Assembly (NCBI GenBank): GCA_963726745.1
Contig: CAVSDR010000003.1
Span: 992,001 to 1,056,000 of the forward strand
From: an uncultured Verrucomicrobiae bacterium
GTDB taxonomy: Bacteria > Verrucomicrobiota > Verrucomicrobiia > Chthoniobacterales > UBA10450
DNA: 64,000 bases
Reading direction: 5' to 3'
Part shown: in pieces, positions 9,863 through 20,133 of the stretch
How the letters are laid out: every line of letters starts with the position of its first letter
How positions within the stretch are numbered: the first letter of the stretch is position 1
Notes under the pieces: model-generated
The model's database searches: none
What the model was told of the DNA's origin: nothing
The model's input: only the letters and a program-made list of their open reading frames with translations
Program-made: the position numbers and the translations under genes

Positions 9863-10594
9863 GTGAAAGCCTTTATCGCGCGCCAAGGAACCGAGCTGGG
9901 CGAGTTCACCCGCGAGCAGATCGAGCAGCTCACGCGCGTAGGCGAATTCCTCCCCGGCGACATGTACTGGGAGCAAGGAATGGAGGATTGGCAGCCGCTG
10001 GTGGAAGTGCTGGGTCCAAATTTTTGGGCGAAACCCGAGCCGCCGCTGAGCGTGCGGCAACGGCTCGCAATTGGCGGCGGGATTGCGCTTCTGGCGCTCG
10101 CGATTTTCGCGCTGGTGATTCGCTGGACGATCACGGATGCGCCGAGCACGCCGATCGCCACGCGGGCGGCGGCGCCGGTGACGCAGACCGCGCCGCTCGA
10201 CCAAGGCGCGGAGAAAGAGGTGCGCGCACAGGCGATCGACGCGCTTCGGCGGAAATTGCAGGCGCTCCCGAGCCAGGCGACGGCGCCGCTCTTCCTCGCT
10301 TATTACGATGTCGCGGTGGAGATGCGGCGCTCGCTGATGGCGAACACGCCCTACGAGGTGACGATCCACGGGAGCGAAAACAGCGTCGACCCCGCGACGC
10401 AGGAAACGACGCGGCGCACGACCTTCGACCTCCTGGCGGAGTACACCGCCGGCGAGTGGACCTTTCGACGCTACCTCGGCTCGGTGCAGAGCACCGATAA
10501 CTCGGACACGATCGTGATCGAGGCCGGGCCGGGATCAGATACGTTGCCGACAATAGTGACGCTGCTCGGGTTGAAAGTGCCGGCTAAACCCTGA
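9863..10594 (+). CDS. GYF_2/DUF4339-domain membrane protein
   Basis: N-terminal RQGTELGEF...YWEQGMEDWQPL, then one TM helix. Confidence 0.7.
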   Translation: MKAFIARQGTELGEFTREQIEQLTRVGEFLPGDMYWEQGMEDWQPLVEVLGPNFWAKPEPPLSVRQRLAIGGGIALLALAIFALVIRWTITDAPSTPIATRAAAPVTQTAPLDQGAEKEVRAQAIDALRRKLQALPSQATAPLFLAYYDVAVEMRRSLMANTPYEVTIHGSENSVDPATQETTRRTTFDLLAEYTAGEWTFRRYLGSVQSTDNSDTIVIEAGPGSDTLPTIVTLLGLKVPAKP

Positions 10595-10607
10595 ACGCTT
10601 GGGAAAA

Positions 10608-13106
10608 TTACTCGGCCCGGAGGGCAGCGATGGGGTTCACGCGCGTGGCCCGGAGCGCGGGCACGAGGATGGCCGCCGCCGCGACCGCGGTGAGCAAGGC
10701 CGCGACCGAGCTGTAGATCACCGGGTCGAGGGTGTTCACCCGGAAAAGGAAATTCTGCATCGCCGCGCGGCCGATCACGCCGAGGAGCACCGCGGCCGCG
10801 CCCACGCCTAACGAGAGCCCGATGACGAGCTGCCAGGCGCCCTGTCGCATGACCAGCCGGAGGATCCGAGCCGCGTCCGCGCCCAGCGCCATGCGGATGC
10901 CAAACTCCTGTGTGCGCTGATTGACCGAGAAACTCATGACGCCATACAAGCCGACGGCAGAGAGCAAAACTGCGACCACGCCGAAAGCGGTGAAGAGCGT
11001 CGCGGTGATGCGATTGACGCCGAGAATTTCATCGTGCAAACGCGCCGGCGTGCCGCCGAAGTAGGTCGGCAAATTGGAATCGAGCTGGCTCACCGCCTGG
11101 GCCAGCGGCGTGGCCAAAGTCTCGGCACGCTGGCCGCGATGCGGGCGCACCATGAGGGTGGCAAATTGCGAAACCTGCTCGGTGCCGAGCAGCGGCATGT
11201 AGAAGCCGGCGCTGTCCGTCTGCTGGTTAAACGGCCCTTGCATGAGCATATCCGGAACGACCCCAACGATCGTGCGCCAGGGCTGCGGCGCGGCCGGATT
11301 GAAGACGCGAATGCGCCGTCCGAGCGGGCTGGCGTTGCCCCAATATTTTCGCGCGAAGGTGGCATTGACGATCGCCACCGGCTGGCTGGCGTCGCTGTCG
11401 GCCACGGTGAAATCGCGGCCTTCCAGAAGCTTCAAACCCACGGTCTCGAAGTAACCATCGGAGACGGACTCGAAATTGCCGCGCGGGCGGTCGCGTTCGG
11501 TCACGTAACTTTCGCCATCGACTTCGTATTGCGCGAAAGGGGCGAAGGTCATGCGGAAGCGATCCGTCATGGCCGCGGCTTCGAAGTTCGGATTGCCGCG
11601 GAGTTCGCGCAGAGCGCGCACGAAGAACTGCTGGCGCGCCTGGGCCGTGGGATAATCGCCTTCAAACAAGCCCATGCGCGCGGTGTAAAAGCTCGCTTCG
11701 TCGTAGCCGTAGTTCAGGTGGATCTGGTTGCGGACGGATTTGATCTGCAAGGTCGCGGCGATGAGGAGCGCGGCGGTGAGCGCGATCTGCGCGATCACCA
11801 GCGTGCGCGTGAGGACATTCACCAGCCGGCTGCTGTTGCCGCGGCCGCCTTCTTTCATGACCTCGGCCGGGCTGGCCCGGACCGCGAGGAGCGCGGGCAC
11901 CAGGCCGGAAACCACCGAAGCCACGAGCGTGATCGCGATCGTGAATAGCAGCACCGGTCCGTCGATGGTAAACGAAACCCAATAAGGCAATGGGAAGGGC
12001 AAGGCGTTCGTGGTGCGCACGAGCAAGCTCACGGCCCAATGCGCCAGGAGCACGCCCACCGCCGCGCCGAGCAGGGCCACGAGCAGGCTTTCGGTGAGCA
12101 TTTGCCGCACGATCCGCGCGCGCGTGGCCCCGAGCGCTCCGCGAATAGCCAGCTCTTTGGCACGCAGAGCGACGCGGCCAAACTGCATATTCATCACGTT
12201 CACGCATGCGATCAGGAGCACGACGATGACCGCGCCGAGCATCGCATAAACGGTCTGGCGAAGCTGCGGGCCGGTGAAGCTGTTAAGCAACGGCTGCACT
12301 TTCGCGGAGACGAGCTGGCCATTGGTCTTCGGATATTCCCGCGCCAGGCGGCGCGCGAGCTCGACAAATTCCAGGTTCACCTGGTCAAGGCTCACGCCGG
12401 GCTTGAGCCGGCCGATGATCGCCGGGCCGTTGTTTTGCGCGGTCGGATCCTCGCGCGGCTTTGCCGGGAACTCATTGAAGAGCGGCACCCAGAGCTGCTC
12501 CGCCACCGGGAAAGCAAAGCCTTTCGGCATCACGCCGACGACGGTGGCAGCCTTGCCATTAATCCGGATGGCCTGGCCGACGATCTGCGGATCGGCATTG
12601 AAATCTCGCTGCCAAATCTCGTGTCCCAGGATCGCGACCTTCTCTGCGCCCGGCTGGTTATCCGCCGCGGTAAAGTCGCGGCCGAGCACCGGCGAGACGC
12701 CGAGGATGCGGAAGAAATCCTCGGTGACGTAACCGCCGGTGTAGCGCGTGGGATTGTTCTTATAGGTGACGTTGACGGTCGAGCCATTGAGGTAGGCGAC
12801 CATCATGGAGAAAGATCGCTGCGCCTCGCGCAGGTCGAGGTAATCCTGCGCCGTGGGGATATTGCCGGCGCCGTTGTTGTTTTGATTGTCGGTCGCCTGC
12901 GGGTCGAGCAAGCCCACGCCCACGAGCTGCTCGGCCTGGGGAAAGGAGAAGCCGCGAAGCACGAAGGCGTTGACCACGGTGAACTGCGTGGTCACACCAC
13001 AGATGCCGAGCGCGAGCACGGTCACGGCGAGGAAACAGAAGGTCTTCTCTTTCGTGAGCACGCGCAGGCCGACGCGGAGATCCTGGAAGAAGGATTCGAA
13101 AAACAT
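10608..13106 (-). CDS. duplicated MacB/FtsX-type ABC transporter permease (ADOP-like)
   Basis: QDLRVGLRVL, LLIACVNVMN, RGALGATR, QRTQEFGIRMALGA, PIAALRAE. Confidence 0.9.
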   Translation of the reverse strand: MFFESFFQDLRVGLRVLTKEKTFCFLAVTVLALGICGVTTQFTVVNAFVLRGFSFPQAEQLVGVGLLDPQATDNQNNNGAGNIPTAQDYLDLREAQRSFSMMVAYLNGSTVNVTYKNNPTRYTGGYVTEDFFRILGVSPVLGRDFTAADNQPGAEKVAILGHEIWQRDFNADPQIVGQAIRINGKAATVVGVMPKGFAFPVAEQLWVPLFNEFPAKPREDPTAQNNGPAIIGRLKPGVSLDQVNLEFVELARRLAREYPKTNGQLVSAKVQPLLNSFTGPQLRQTVYAMLGAVIVVLLIACVNVMNMQFGRVALRAKELAIRGALGATRARIVRQMLTESLLVALLGAAVGVLLAHWAVSLLVRTTNALPFPLPYWVSFTIDGPVLLFTIAITLVASVVSGLVPALLAVRASPAEVMKEGGRGNSSRLVNVLTRTLVIAQIALTAALLIAATLQIKSVRNQIHLNYGYDEASFYTARMGLFEGDYPTAQARQQFFVRALRELRGNPNFEAAAMTDRFRMTFAPFAQYEVDGESYVTERDRPRGNFESVSDGYFETVGLKLLEGRDFTVADSDASQPVAIVNATFARKYWGNASPLGRRIRVFNPAAPQPWRTIVGVVPDMLMQGPFNQQTDSAGFYMPLLGTEQVSQFATLMVRPHRGQRAETLATPLAQAVSQLDSNLPTYFGGTPARLHDEILGVNRITATLFTAFGVVAVLLSAVGLYGVMSFSVNQRTQEFGIRMALGADAARILRLVMRQGAWQLVIGLSLGVGAAAVLLGVIGRAAMQNFLFRVNTLDPVIYSSVAALLTAVAAAAILVPALRATRVNPIAALRAE

Positions 13107-13196
13107 AAGGGGAGGTCCTGGGGGGTTGGTTCGCGCCGGCGGGACCGGCACGACTCCGCGCGCGAAAGCGAGGCCGTGCCGTGGGGCTTTGCTGAT

Positions 13197-13430
13197 TTAG
13201 ACAGCAGGCTGGGCCGTCGGGGCAGCGGCGTGCTGGCTCACAATGGCTCCACGGGTGAGGTTGGTGGGCACCGTGAACGGCTGCTGCGCAATCTGCCAGA
13301 CAGCGAAGACCGCGCTCAGGATCAAGAGAGCGTAGGCCAGGGTCTCGGAGACGGTGCGCTCGCGCTCCTCGGAACGGAGGATCAAGGCGTAGGTGGATTC
13401 GAACTGCGGGATTTCGGGGTAGGTTTTCAT
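13197..13430 (-). CDS. small single-TM hypothetical protein
   Basis: MKTYPEIPQFESTYALILRSEE...LAYALLILSAVFAVWQ; directly downstream of a sigma54-type promoter. Confidence 0.6.
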   Translation of the reverse strand: MKTYPEIPQFESTYALILRSEERERTVSETLAYALLILSAVFAVWQIAQQPFTVPTNLTRGAIVSQHAAAPTAQPAV

Positions 13431-13460
13431 GGTGGTTTGGGGTTGTTGCCTGAATAGCTT

Positions 13461-13476
13461 TGCAAGGGCTGTGCCA
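13461..13476 (-). promoter_or_regulatory. sigma54 -24/-12 promoter
   Basis: Minus strand TGGCAC-AGCCC-TTGCA, matching TGGCAC-N5-TTGCW, 30 bp before ATG 13430. Confidence 0.8.
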
Positions 13477-13493
13477 CGCCGATCGCCGAGTCG

Positions 13494-13506
13494 TAAGCCG
13501 TTGATT
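13494..13506 (-). promoter_or_regulatory. IHF-type binding site upstream of the sigma54 promoter
   Basis: Minus strand AATCAA-CGGC-TTA = WATCAA-N4-TTR. Confidence 0.6.
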
Positions 13507-13753
13507 CCAAGCGAGTTTGTGTCCGCGGCGGAAAACTCGCCGCCCGCCGCGCATATCGACTGTGGGACCGGCCTGTCCGCTTTCGGGACGCGGCGGTTGA
13601 TCTTGTCGGCTATTTCCAGCGAGGGGTTCATCAGCTTCCCCAATGCGATGCCCGCCGGCCTGCTTTCGGATTCAATTTTTCGCCGTCGCCTCGTAGGGCG
13701 GCGAAATTTTCCTGTTCCCTCGCGGGGAACTCTGTCATCGTGAACTCTTAATC

Positions 13754-14209
13754 ATGCAGATGTTCTCACCCAATCGGAGACCGGAACCGGCGACTCCGAC
13801 TCACCCCGAGCCGACCGCTCCTCTCGCCACGATGACTCCCACCTCTCCGCTTCCGTCTGCCCGTCCGTCCCGCGGCGGCGTCCTCTCGGCCGGTGTTTCG
13901 ATCAATGGTTCGCTCACCTTCGGCGAAGAACTGGTGATCGATTGCCAACTAGAAGGTTCGATCACTTCTGCCGGAAAACTCACGATCGAAAAGAACGCGC
14001 ACATCACGGGCGAGATTCGCGCCGGCTCCGTTACCGTCCTCGGGACGGTCGATGGCAATGTGACCGCGGGGGAACGTTGCGAGCTGCGCGCTGGTTGCAC
14101 CCTCCGGGGCGACATCGAGGCACCACGACTCGTGGTCGATGACGACGCGACCTTCGTGGGCAGCGCGAAGATTACCAAGCGCGCTCAGCCCGCCTCCGCG
14201 GCGGCTTAA
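13754..14209 (+). CDS. bactofilin (polymer-forming cytoskeletal protein)
   Basis: SINGSLTFGEELVIDCQLEGSI...VLGTVDGNV...LRGDIEAPRLVVDDDATFVG. Confidence 0.88.
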   Translation: MQMFSPNRRPEPATPTHPEPTAPLATMTPTSPLPSARPSRGGVLSAGVSINGSLTFGEELVIDCQLEGSITSAGKLTIEKNAHITGEIRAGSVTVLGTVDGNVTAGERCELRAGCTLRGDIEAPRLVVDDDATFVGSAKITKRAQPASAAA

Positions 14210-14242
14210 GTTTCCCTCGCGACGGCCGCCGGCCGCTCCGCG

Positions 14243-14794
14243 CTAGGAGGTGAACTTCGCGTAGACCGCCAGCACCGGGTAGTAGCAACGGTTCTTGCTG
14301 CGGTAATCGCTCACGAAGCCGTTCTTCGTGCGCAACTCCACATGCCCGGCGCCGTTGCTTCCGCGGCCGTAGACGATGACCGCGCCCAGCGGTGCCTCAT
14401 ACGGGTCGCGGGTGGCGAGTTTCTTGAAGCCGTGATTGCGCACCAACTCCTCGCCCGCCTGGCAGGCAAAGTTGGTCTTCGGATAGGAAGTGACCGCGCC
14501 TGCGGCGAGCAGAGCTTCTTTCACGTAGCGCCAGCAACGGGCCTGCGTATGCGCATTCGCCCGCTCCTCGGCGATGCTCACGGCGCGAAAAAGGCGTCGA
14601 TCAAAGCGCGCATCGAGGCGGGCTTCGGGATGTATCACGCCATAATAACGGCGAATGACCTGCACCGAAGTGATCCGGCCTCCGCGGCCGACATAGTAGA
14701 AACGCTTACTCGATTTCGTCAGCCCAGCCGCATGCAGCGGCATCGGGAAGAGACACACGAGACCTAAAAAAAAGAAAGCGACCAGTCGAGGCAC
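14243..14794 (-). CDS. secreted protein with CHAP/NlpC-P60-like Cys-His dyad (putative amidase)
   Basis: Signal peptide; ARCWRYVKEAL ... GAVIVY ... GHVEL; SDY. Confidence 0.6.
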   Translation of the reverse strand: MPRLVAFFFLGLVCLFPMPLHAAGLTKSSKRFYYVGRGGRITSVQVIRRYYGVIHPEARLDARFDRRLFRAVSIAEERANAHTQARCWRYVKEALLAAGAVTSYPKTNFACQAGEELVRNHGFKKLATRDPYEAPLGAVIVYGRGSNGAGHVELRTKNGFVSDYRSKNRCYYPVLAVYAKFTS

Positions 14795-14806
14795 GCGCCT
14801 GTGTAG

Positions 14807-14822
14807 TGCAAGGCTTGTGCCA
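14807..14822 (-). promoter_or_regulatory. sigma54 -24/-12 promoter
   Basis: Minus strand TGGCAC-AAGCC-TTGCA just upstream of the 14243-14794 gene. Confidence 0.7.
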
Positions 14823-14902
14823 TGTCACTTGGAATTTCTCGCAATCTCATTTCGCTGGCTAAATCCTGGTAGCCAGCGCCTTTGCTCCGCCGAGAGTCTC
14901 CC

Positions 14903-15362
14903 ATGTTTGCGCCTGACGATCTGCGCGCCGCGGAGGAATTCATGCACCGCCAGATTCCGCTTACCCGCGCGATGGGTCTCCGTCTCGTCGCTGCCGGGCC
15001 CGAAGGCTTCGCCGTGGAAGCGCCGGTGGCTTCCAATTCGAACCATCTCGGCACCGCTTTTGGCGGTAGCATCAACGCGGTGGCGACACTCGCGGCCTAC
15101 GGATTTCTTTGGCTCGTGCTTCGGGATTCCGCGGTGGAGATCGTAATCGCCGAAAGCTCCATTCGCTTTCTCGCGCCGGTGCGGGAGATGATTCACGCGC
15201 GCTGCCAGGCGCCCACAGCCGACACTTTGGCGAGCTTTCCGCAAGGCGCTGGCGTCTGAGGGGCGCGCGCGTCTTCCGCTGCAGGTGCGGGTGGACGAGG
15301 GGGCGACGCACGCGGCCGATTTCCGCGGAACCTTCGTGGCCGTTGGCAAAAGCACAGCCTGA
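14903..15362 (+). CDS. YiiD C-terminal-like hot-dog thioesterase (frameshift ~15240)
   Basis: IPLTRAMG, NHLGTAFGGSI, SSIRFLAPV; continues in another frame to FRGTFVAV. Confidence 0.75.
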
Positions 15363-15433
15363 GCGCCGGGCACGCGCGTAACTTTTGGCTGGCCCTTTCG
15401 CTCGCGCCGCTTCGCGCCGAAATTGCCGACGCC

Positions 15434-15844
15434 ATGGAACCGCTTCGCTCGATCAAACTTCGCTGGCTGCAGAGCGCGCTCGGCGACGTCTCCTACCGCG
15501 TCACCACGATGCATTTTCTCCCATCCGGCCCACCGACCTGGCAGCCGGCGATCAATGCTTACCGCTGCGCCGATTGCCTGCGCATCTGCGTCGAGCTTGC
15601 CGGGGTCGATAAGTCGTTAATCGATCTGTCTGTGGAGCCGGAACGGCTGGTTCTCCGTGGAACCCGCGAAGTGCCGGAACCGAGCGGTGCTCAGGGCCGC
15701 GCGCTCCAGACGATCGCGATGGAAATCGATTACGGGCCCTTCGAGCGCGAAATTCGTTTCCCCGCTGAGGTCAATGTCGCCGAAGTCACCGCCGAGCAAC
15801 GCGAAGGCCTGCTCTGGATCATTCTGCCGCTAAAAAAATCGTGA
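15434..15844 (+). CDS. Hsp20/alpha-crystallin small heat-shock protein
   Basis: WQPAINAY, VELAGV, MEIDYGPFEREI, GLLWIILP. Confidence 0.88.
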   Translation: MEPLRSIKLRWLQSALGDVSYRVTTMHFLPSGPPTWQPAINAYRCADCLRICVELAGVDKSLIDLSVEPERLVLRGTREVPEPSGAQGRALQTIAMEIDYGPFEREIRFPAEVNVAEVTAEQREGLLWIILPLKKS

Positions 15845-18266
15845 GCGACGAGACCCAGAGCGCCCTGCAATCCGATCTTCAGCGCGACCGCCGCGGAGGT
15901 TCCGCCTAACGACTCCAAGACGGTCGCTGAAAGTGTCGGCAAAATCCCGGAAACGCTCGCGATCTTGCCGGTGCGCGGCTTTGTCCTTTTTCCTGGAACG
16001 ATTGCGCCGCTGCAAGTTCGTCGCGCGGCCTCGATCCAGCTCCTCGACGAAACCCTGCCGCAAAGCAAAATCGTCGGCCTCATCACGCAGCGCGACGAAA
16101 ACATCGAAGAGCCGCAGCCGCACGACCTTTACGAAATCGGCACCGCCGTCCTGGTCATGAAACTTCTGCGGCAGGCCGATGACCACTTGGTCGTGGTGGT
16201 GCAAGGTTTGCGCCGTTTCAAGCTGCGCAAAATTATCGGCACCTCGCCATTTTTGCGCGCCGAGATCGACTTGCTCGAGTCCCGGCCCGCGCCCACCGGC
16301 CCGGAATGGCAGGCCGCTTTCCGCAACCTGCGCGATTCTGCCGCGCAATGGCTCGAGCTCACGCCCGATGTCCCGAGCGAAGCCGCCGCCGCCGTTCGCG
16401 GGATCGAGGAGGCCGAGCAATTAGTCGATTTTCTCGCGCCGAACCTCCAGATCGACACCGCGCAAAAACAGGCCTTGCTGGAGGAACTGGATCTCGAGAA
16501 ACGCCTGCGCGCGGTCCAGACCGGCATCTCCTCGCAGCTCGAGATCGCGCAGATCCAGCAGAAGCTGCAAAAGGATGTGCAGTCGCAATTCTCCGATGCG
16601 CAGCGGCGCGCGTATCTGCGCGAGCAGGTCAAAGCGATCCAGCGCGAGCTCGGCGAAGGCGATGCCGGAACGGACGAGCAAATGGCGCAATTGCGCACGC
16701 GCCTGGAGAACGCGCAGCCACCGGCCGAGGTTATGGCGCAGGCCGAGCGCGAGCTGAAACGGCTCGAATTCATCCCGCCGGCGAGCCCGGAATATTCTGT
16801 GATCGTCGGTTATGTGGAGACGATCGCCGATCTCCCCTGGACGAAGTTGAGCGAGGACAACCTTGACCTCGACAAGGCGCAGGAAATTCTCGATCGCGAT
16901 CACTACGACCTCGAGAAAGTAAAGCGCCGGCTGGTGGAATTCCTGGCGGTGCGCAAACTCAACCCGAAAGGCCAGGGCCCGATTCTCTGCCTGTTAGGGC
17001 CGCCCGGAGTCGGCAAGACCAGCCTTGGGCAATCGATCGCCGATGCGCTCGGGCGAAAGTTTGTCCGCATCAGCCTCGGCGGGATGCGCGACGAAGCGGA
17101 AATCCGCGGGCATCGCCGCACTTACATCGGCTCCATGCCCGGCCGTATCATCCAGGAGCTCCGCCGCACCGGCACGCGCAACCCGGTGATGATGCTGGAT
17201 GAGATCGACAAAATCGGCGCCGACTTCCGGGGCGACCCCGCGAGTGGTTTGCTCGAGGTGCTCGATCCGCGGCAGAACTTTGCCTTTGTCGATCGCTACC
17301 TCGACGTCCCGTTCGACCTCTCGCAAATCATCTTCATCGCGACCGCGAATTACGTCGACGGCATTCCCGCGCCCCTGCGCGACCGCATGGAAGTGATTTC
17401 GCTCGCGGGCTACACCGAGCGCGAGAAGCTCGAGATCGCGCGGCGTTACATCGTCCGCCGGCAGCTCGAGGAAAATGGTCTTCAGCCCGGAGCAAATCGA
17501 GTGGGAGGAGAGCGCGCTGCGGCTGATCATTAATGACTACACGCGCGAAGCTGGCGTGCGCGAACTCGAGCGGCAGATCGGCGCCGTCAGCCGCAGCGTG
17601 GCCGCGCGGGTCGCTCGCGGCGAGACCGCGCACGTGAAAATAGACGACGCTTTGGTGCGCGAGTTTCTCGGCGCGGAGCTCTATGTGCGCGAGAGCCGGC
17701 TCAAGGCGAGCGCGCCCGGCGTGGTCACTGGATTAGCCTACACGCCGGTGGGCGGCGAAGTCTTGCACATCGAGGCCACGCGTTATCCCGGAAAAGGCAA
17801 CATCACCCTCACCGGCCAGATCGGCGACGTGATGAAGGAAAGCGTGCAGGCTGCGCTCAGTCTGGTGCGCAGCCGCGACGGCGCGATCGGCGCGCACGCG
17901 GACGACTTTCGCGAGAACGACATCCACGTGCACGTCCCAGCGGGCGCGGTCCCGAAGGATGGGCCGTCCGCCGGCGTGGCCATGTTCACCGCGCTCGCTT
18001 CGCTCTTCAGCAATCGCAAGGTGCGCGCCGATGTCGCCATGACCGGCGAGGTTACGCTCCGCGGTTTGGTTTTGCCGATCGGTGGCTTGAAGGAAAAAAG
18101 CCTCGCCGCGATGCGCGCCGGGATCACCACGGTGATCTTTCCGAAGCTAAACGAGAAAGACCTGGCCGACGTCCCCGCGGAAGCGAAGGAGAAGATCAAA
18201 TTCATCCCGGTGGAAAACGTCGATGAAGTTTTAGCCAGCGCTTTGGAACCGGAGGAAGCGAAGTGA
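15841..18266 (+). CDS. lon: ATP-dependent protease La (frameshifts ~15872 and ~17488)
   Basis: GPPGVGKTS, GHRRTYIG, LDEIDK, PKDGPSAG, TGEVTLRG, GGLKEK. Confidence 0.93.
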
Positions 18267-18776
18267 GCCGCGCCTTCGTGCGCGAGGACGATCGTCCCGA
18301 GCCGCCGCTGGCCCGGCCAGCCTCGGCCTTGCCGGAAGGCGCGAAGAATTACATCACCGCCGATGGCCTCGCGCGGCTGCGGGAGGAACTGCGGAAGCTG
18401 GTCGAAGAAGAACGCCCGCCGCTCCTGGCCGCGACCGATGATCCGGACTCAAAGCGTCGGCTCCTTTCTCTCGAGCAACGCCGGCAAAGTCTGGAGGAAA
18501 GCCTGCTCTCCGCCGAAGTGCCGGAGCCGCGCGGCCGATCCCGAGGTGGTCCGCTTCGGCGCGAGCGTGCGCGTGCGCCGCGCCGATGGCGAGGAGGATG
18601 ACTACCGCATCGTCGGCGTGGATGAGATCGATCTCGACCGGAGCTGGGTCAGCTGGCTGTCGCCGATCGCGCGCGCGCTCCTGAACGCCCGGCGCGGCCA
18701 GCGGGTGCGCTTTCGTTTTCCCTCCGGCGAAGAGGAACTCGAGATCGTCGAAATTTCCTACGACGCTCCGCGGTGA
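18263..18776 (+). CDS. GreA/GreB family elongation factor (frameshift ~18530)
   Basis: MSRAFVRE, NYITADG, VRFGASV, YRIVGVDE, SWLSPIARALL. Confidence 0.8.
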
Positions 18777-18807
18777 AGCTGCGGCGCGCGTGTGTTAGGT
18801 TCGCGCG

Positions 18808-19605
18808 ATGTCCGACCAGTCCGCCAAGCTCACCATCGCCGGCCGCGAGTTCACTTCGCGCCTCCTGCTCGGCACGGGCAAGTTCGCTTCGAACGAGTCG
18901 ATGCGCGACGCCCTCGCGGCCAGCGGCACCGAGATCGTGACCGTGGCCTTGCGCCGCGCCGATCTTTCCGGAAAGGCCGACCCGTTCGCGAACATCCTCG
19001 AGTTCATCGATCCGCAACGTTACCTGCTCCTGCCGAACACCAGCGGCGCGCGCAACGCCGCCGAAGCCGTGCGCCTGGCGCGGCTCGCCGTTACCGCCGG
19101 CTTGCCGAATTGGGTGAAGCTCGAGATTCATCCCGACCCGCGCTATCTCCTGCCCGACGGCGTCGAGACGCTCGCGGCCGCGGAGATTCTCGTGAAGGAA
19201 GGCTTCGTCGTCCTGCCTTACATCAACGCCGACCCGGTGCTGGCAAAGAGACTGCAAGATGTGGGCACGGCCACGGTCATGCCGCTCGGTTCGCCCATCG
19301 GGAGCAACCGCGGCATCGAGACGCGCGCGCAGATCGAGATCATCATCGAGCAGGCGACCGTGCCCGTGGTGGTCGATGCCGGCCTGGGCGCGCCCAGCCA
19401 GGCAGCCGAGGCGATGGAGATGGGGGCCGATGCCGTGCTCGTGAACACCGCGATCGCGATCGCCTCCGATCCGAGCCGAATGGCGCAGGCTTTCCGCAAA
19501 GCGGTCGAAGCCGGGCGCGACGCGCGCGAGATCGGTCTCGCGGAAGCGCGGCAAACCGCGAGCGCGACCAGCCCGCTCACCGGCTTCTTCTCGGAGAAGG
19601 ATTAA
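18808..19605 (+). CDS. thiG: thiazole synthase
   Basis: [41 protein letters not shown]. Confidence 0.95.
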   Translation: MSDQSAKLTIAGREFTSRLLLGTGKFASNESMRDALAASGTEIVTVALRRADLSGKADPFANILEFIDPQRYLLLPNTSGARNAAEAVRLARLAVTAGLPNWVKLEIHPDPRYLLPDGVETLAAAEILVKEGFVVLPYINADPVLAKRLQDVGTATVMPLGSPIGSNRGIETRAQIEIIIEQATVPVVVDAGLGAPSQAAEAMEMGADAVLVNTAIAIASDPSRMAQAFRKAVEAGRDAREIGLAEARQTASATSPLTGFFSEKD

Positions 19606-19617
19606 GCGCGCCCTCGC

Positions 19618-19863
19618 CTAACGAATCCCCGGCGTCGGCCCGCTCTGCCAGCGCGCGTAGGTGTCGTTGTAAAATTGAAACTGCCGGCCGCCCAGCCGGC
19701 GCACGGTGCTCCAGCCGTTGCGCGTGGCAAAGTCCTGCAGCTCGGCCGCGGTCAGTTGTTGCAGGATCAGGAGCTCGCTCGGGTGCGTGATGAAACACTC
19801 CGGCCGCCCGGCGAGGGCGCTGGCTATTTTTGTTTCGATCGCGGATAGCTCGTCAGAGATCAT
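19618..19863 (-). CDS. small hypothetical protein
   Basis: ATG 19863 preceded by GAGGAGG; 81 aa MISDELSAIE...FQFYND. Confidence 0.55.
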   Translation of the reverse strand: MISDELSAIETKIASALAGRPECFITHPSELLILQQLTAAELQDFATRNGWSTVRRLGGRQFQFYNDTYARWQSGPTPGIR

Positions 19864-20029
19864 TGACCTCCTCATTCGTCCGGCGCGCCGGCGGCTCGTT
19901 CTTTTCGATCTCGCCGCCGGGAAAAGTGGGCGGCGGTTTCGGTGGCCGATTCAATTTCTCTCCGAGCGCATCGTGCGCTTTCGCCGAGGGCGACGGCCCG
20001 TGGGCCTCTGGTTTTTCGGGGTTGCTCAT
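19853..20029 (-). CDS. very small Pro-rich hypothetical protein
   Basis: 58-aa open frame MSNPEKPEAHGPSP...EEVNDL overlapping the next start; below the ORF-track cutoff. Confidence 0.35.
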   Translation of the reverse strand: MSNPEKPEAHGPSPSAKAHDALGEKLNRPPKPPPTFPGGEIEKNEPPARRTNEEVNDL

Positions 20030-20133
20030 GTGGCGTTGCCTTCCACTGAGGAAACGCAGCCCGCCCCGCCCGCGGCCCTGTATCCCGCGGGCCGGTTCGC
20101 CTTCCTTCGCTGGTTAGGCTAAACTCCGCCCGC

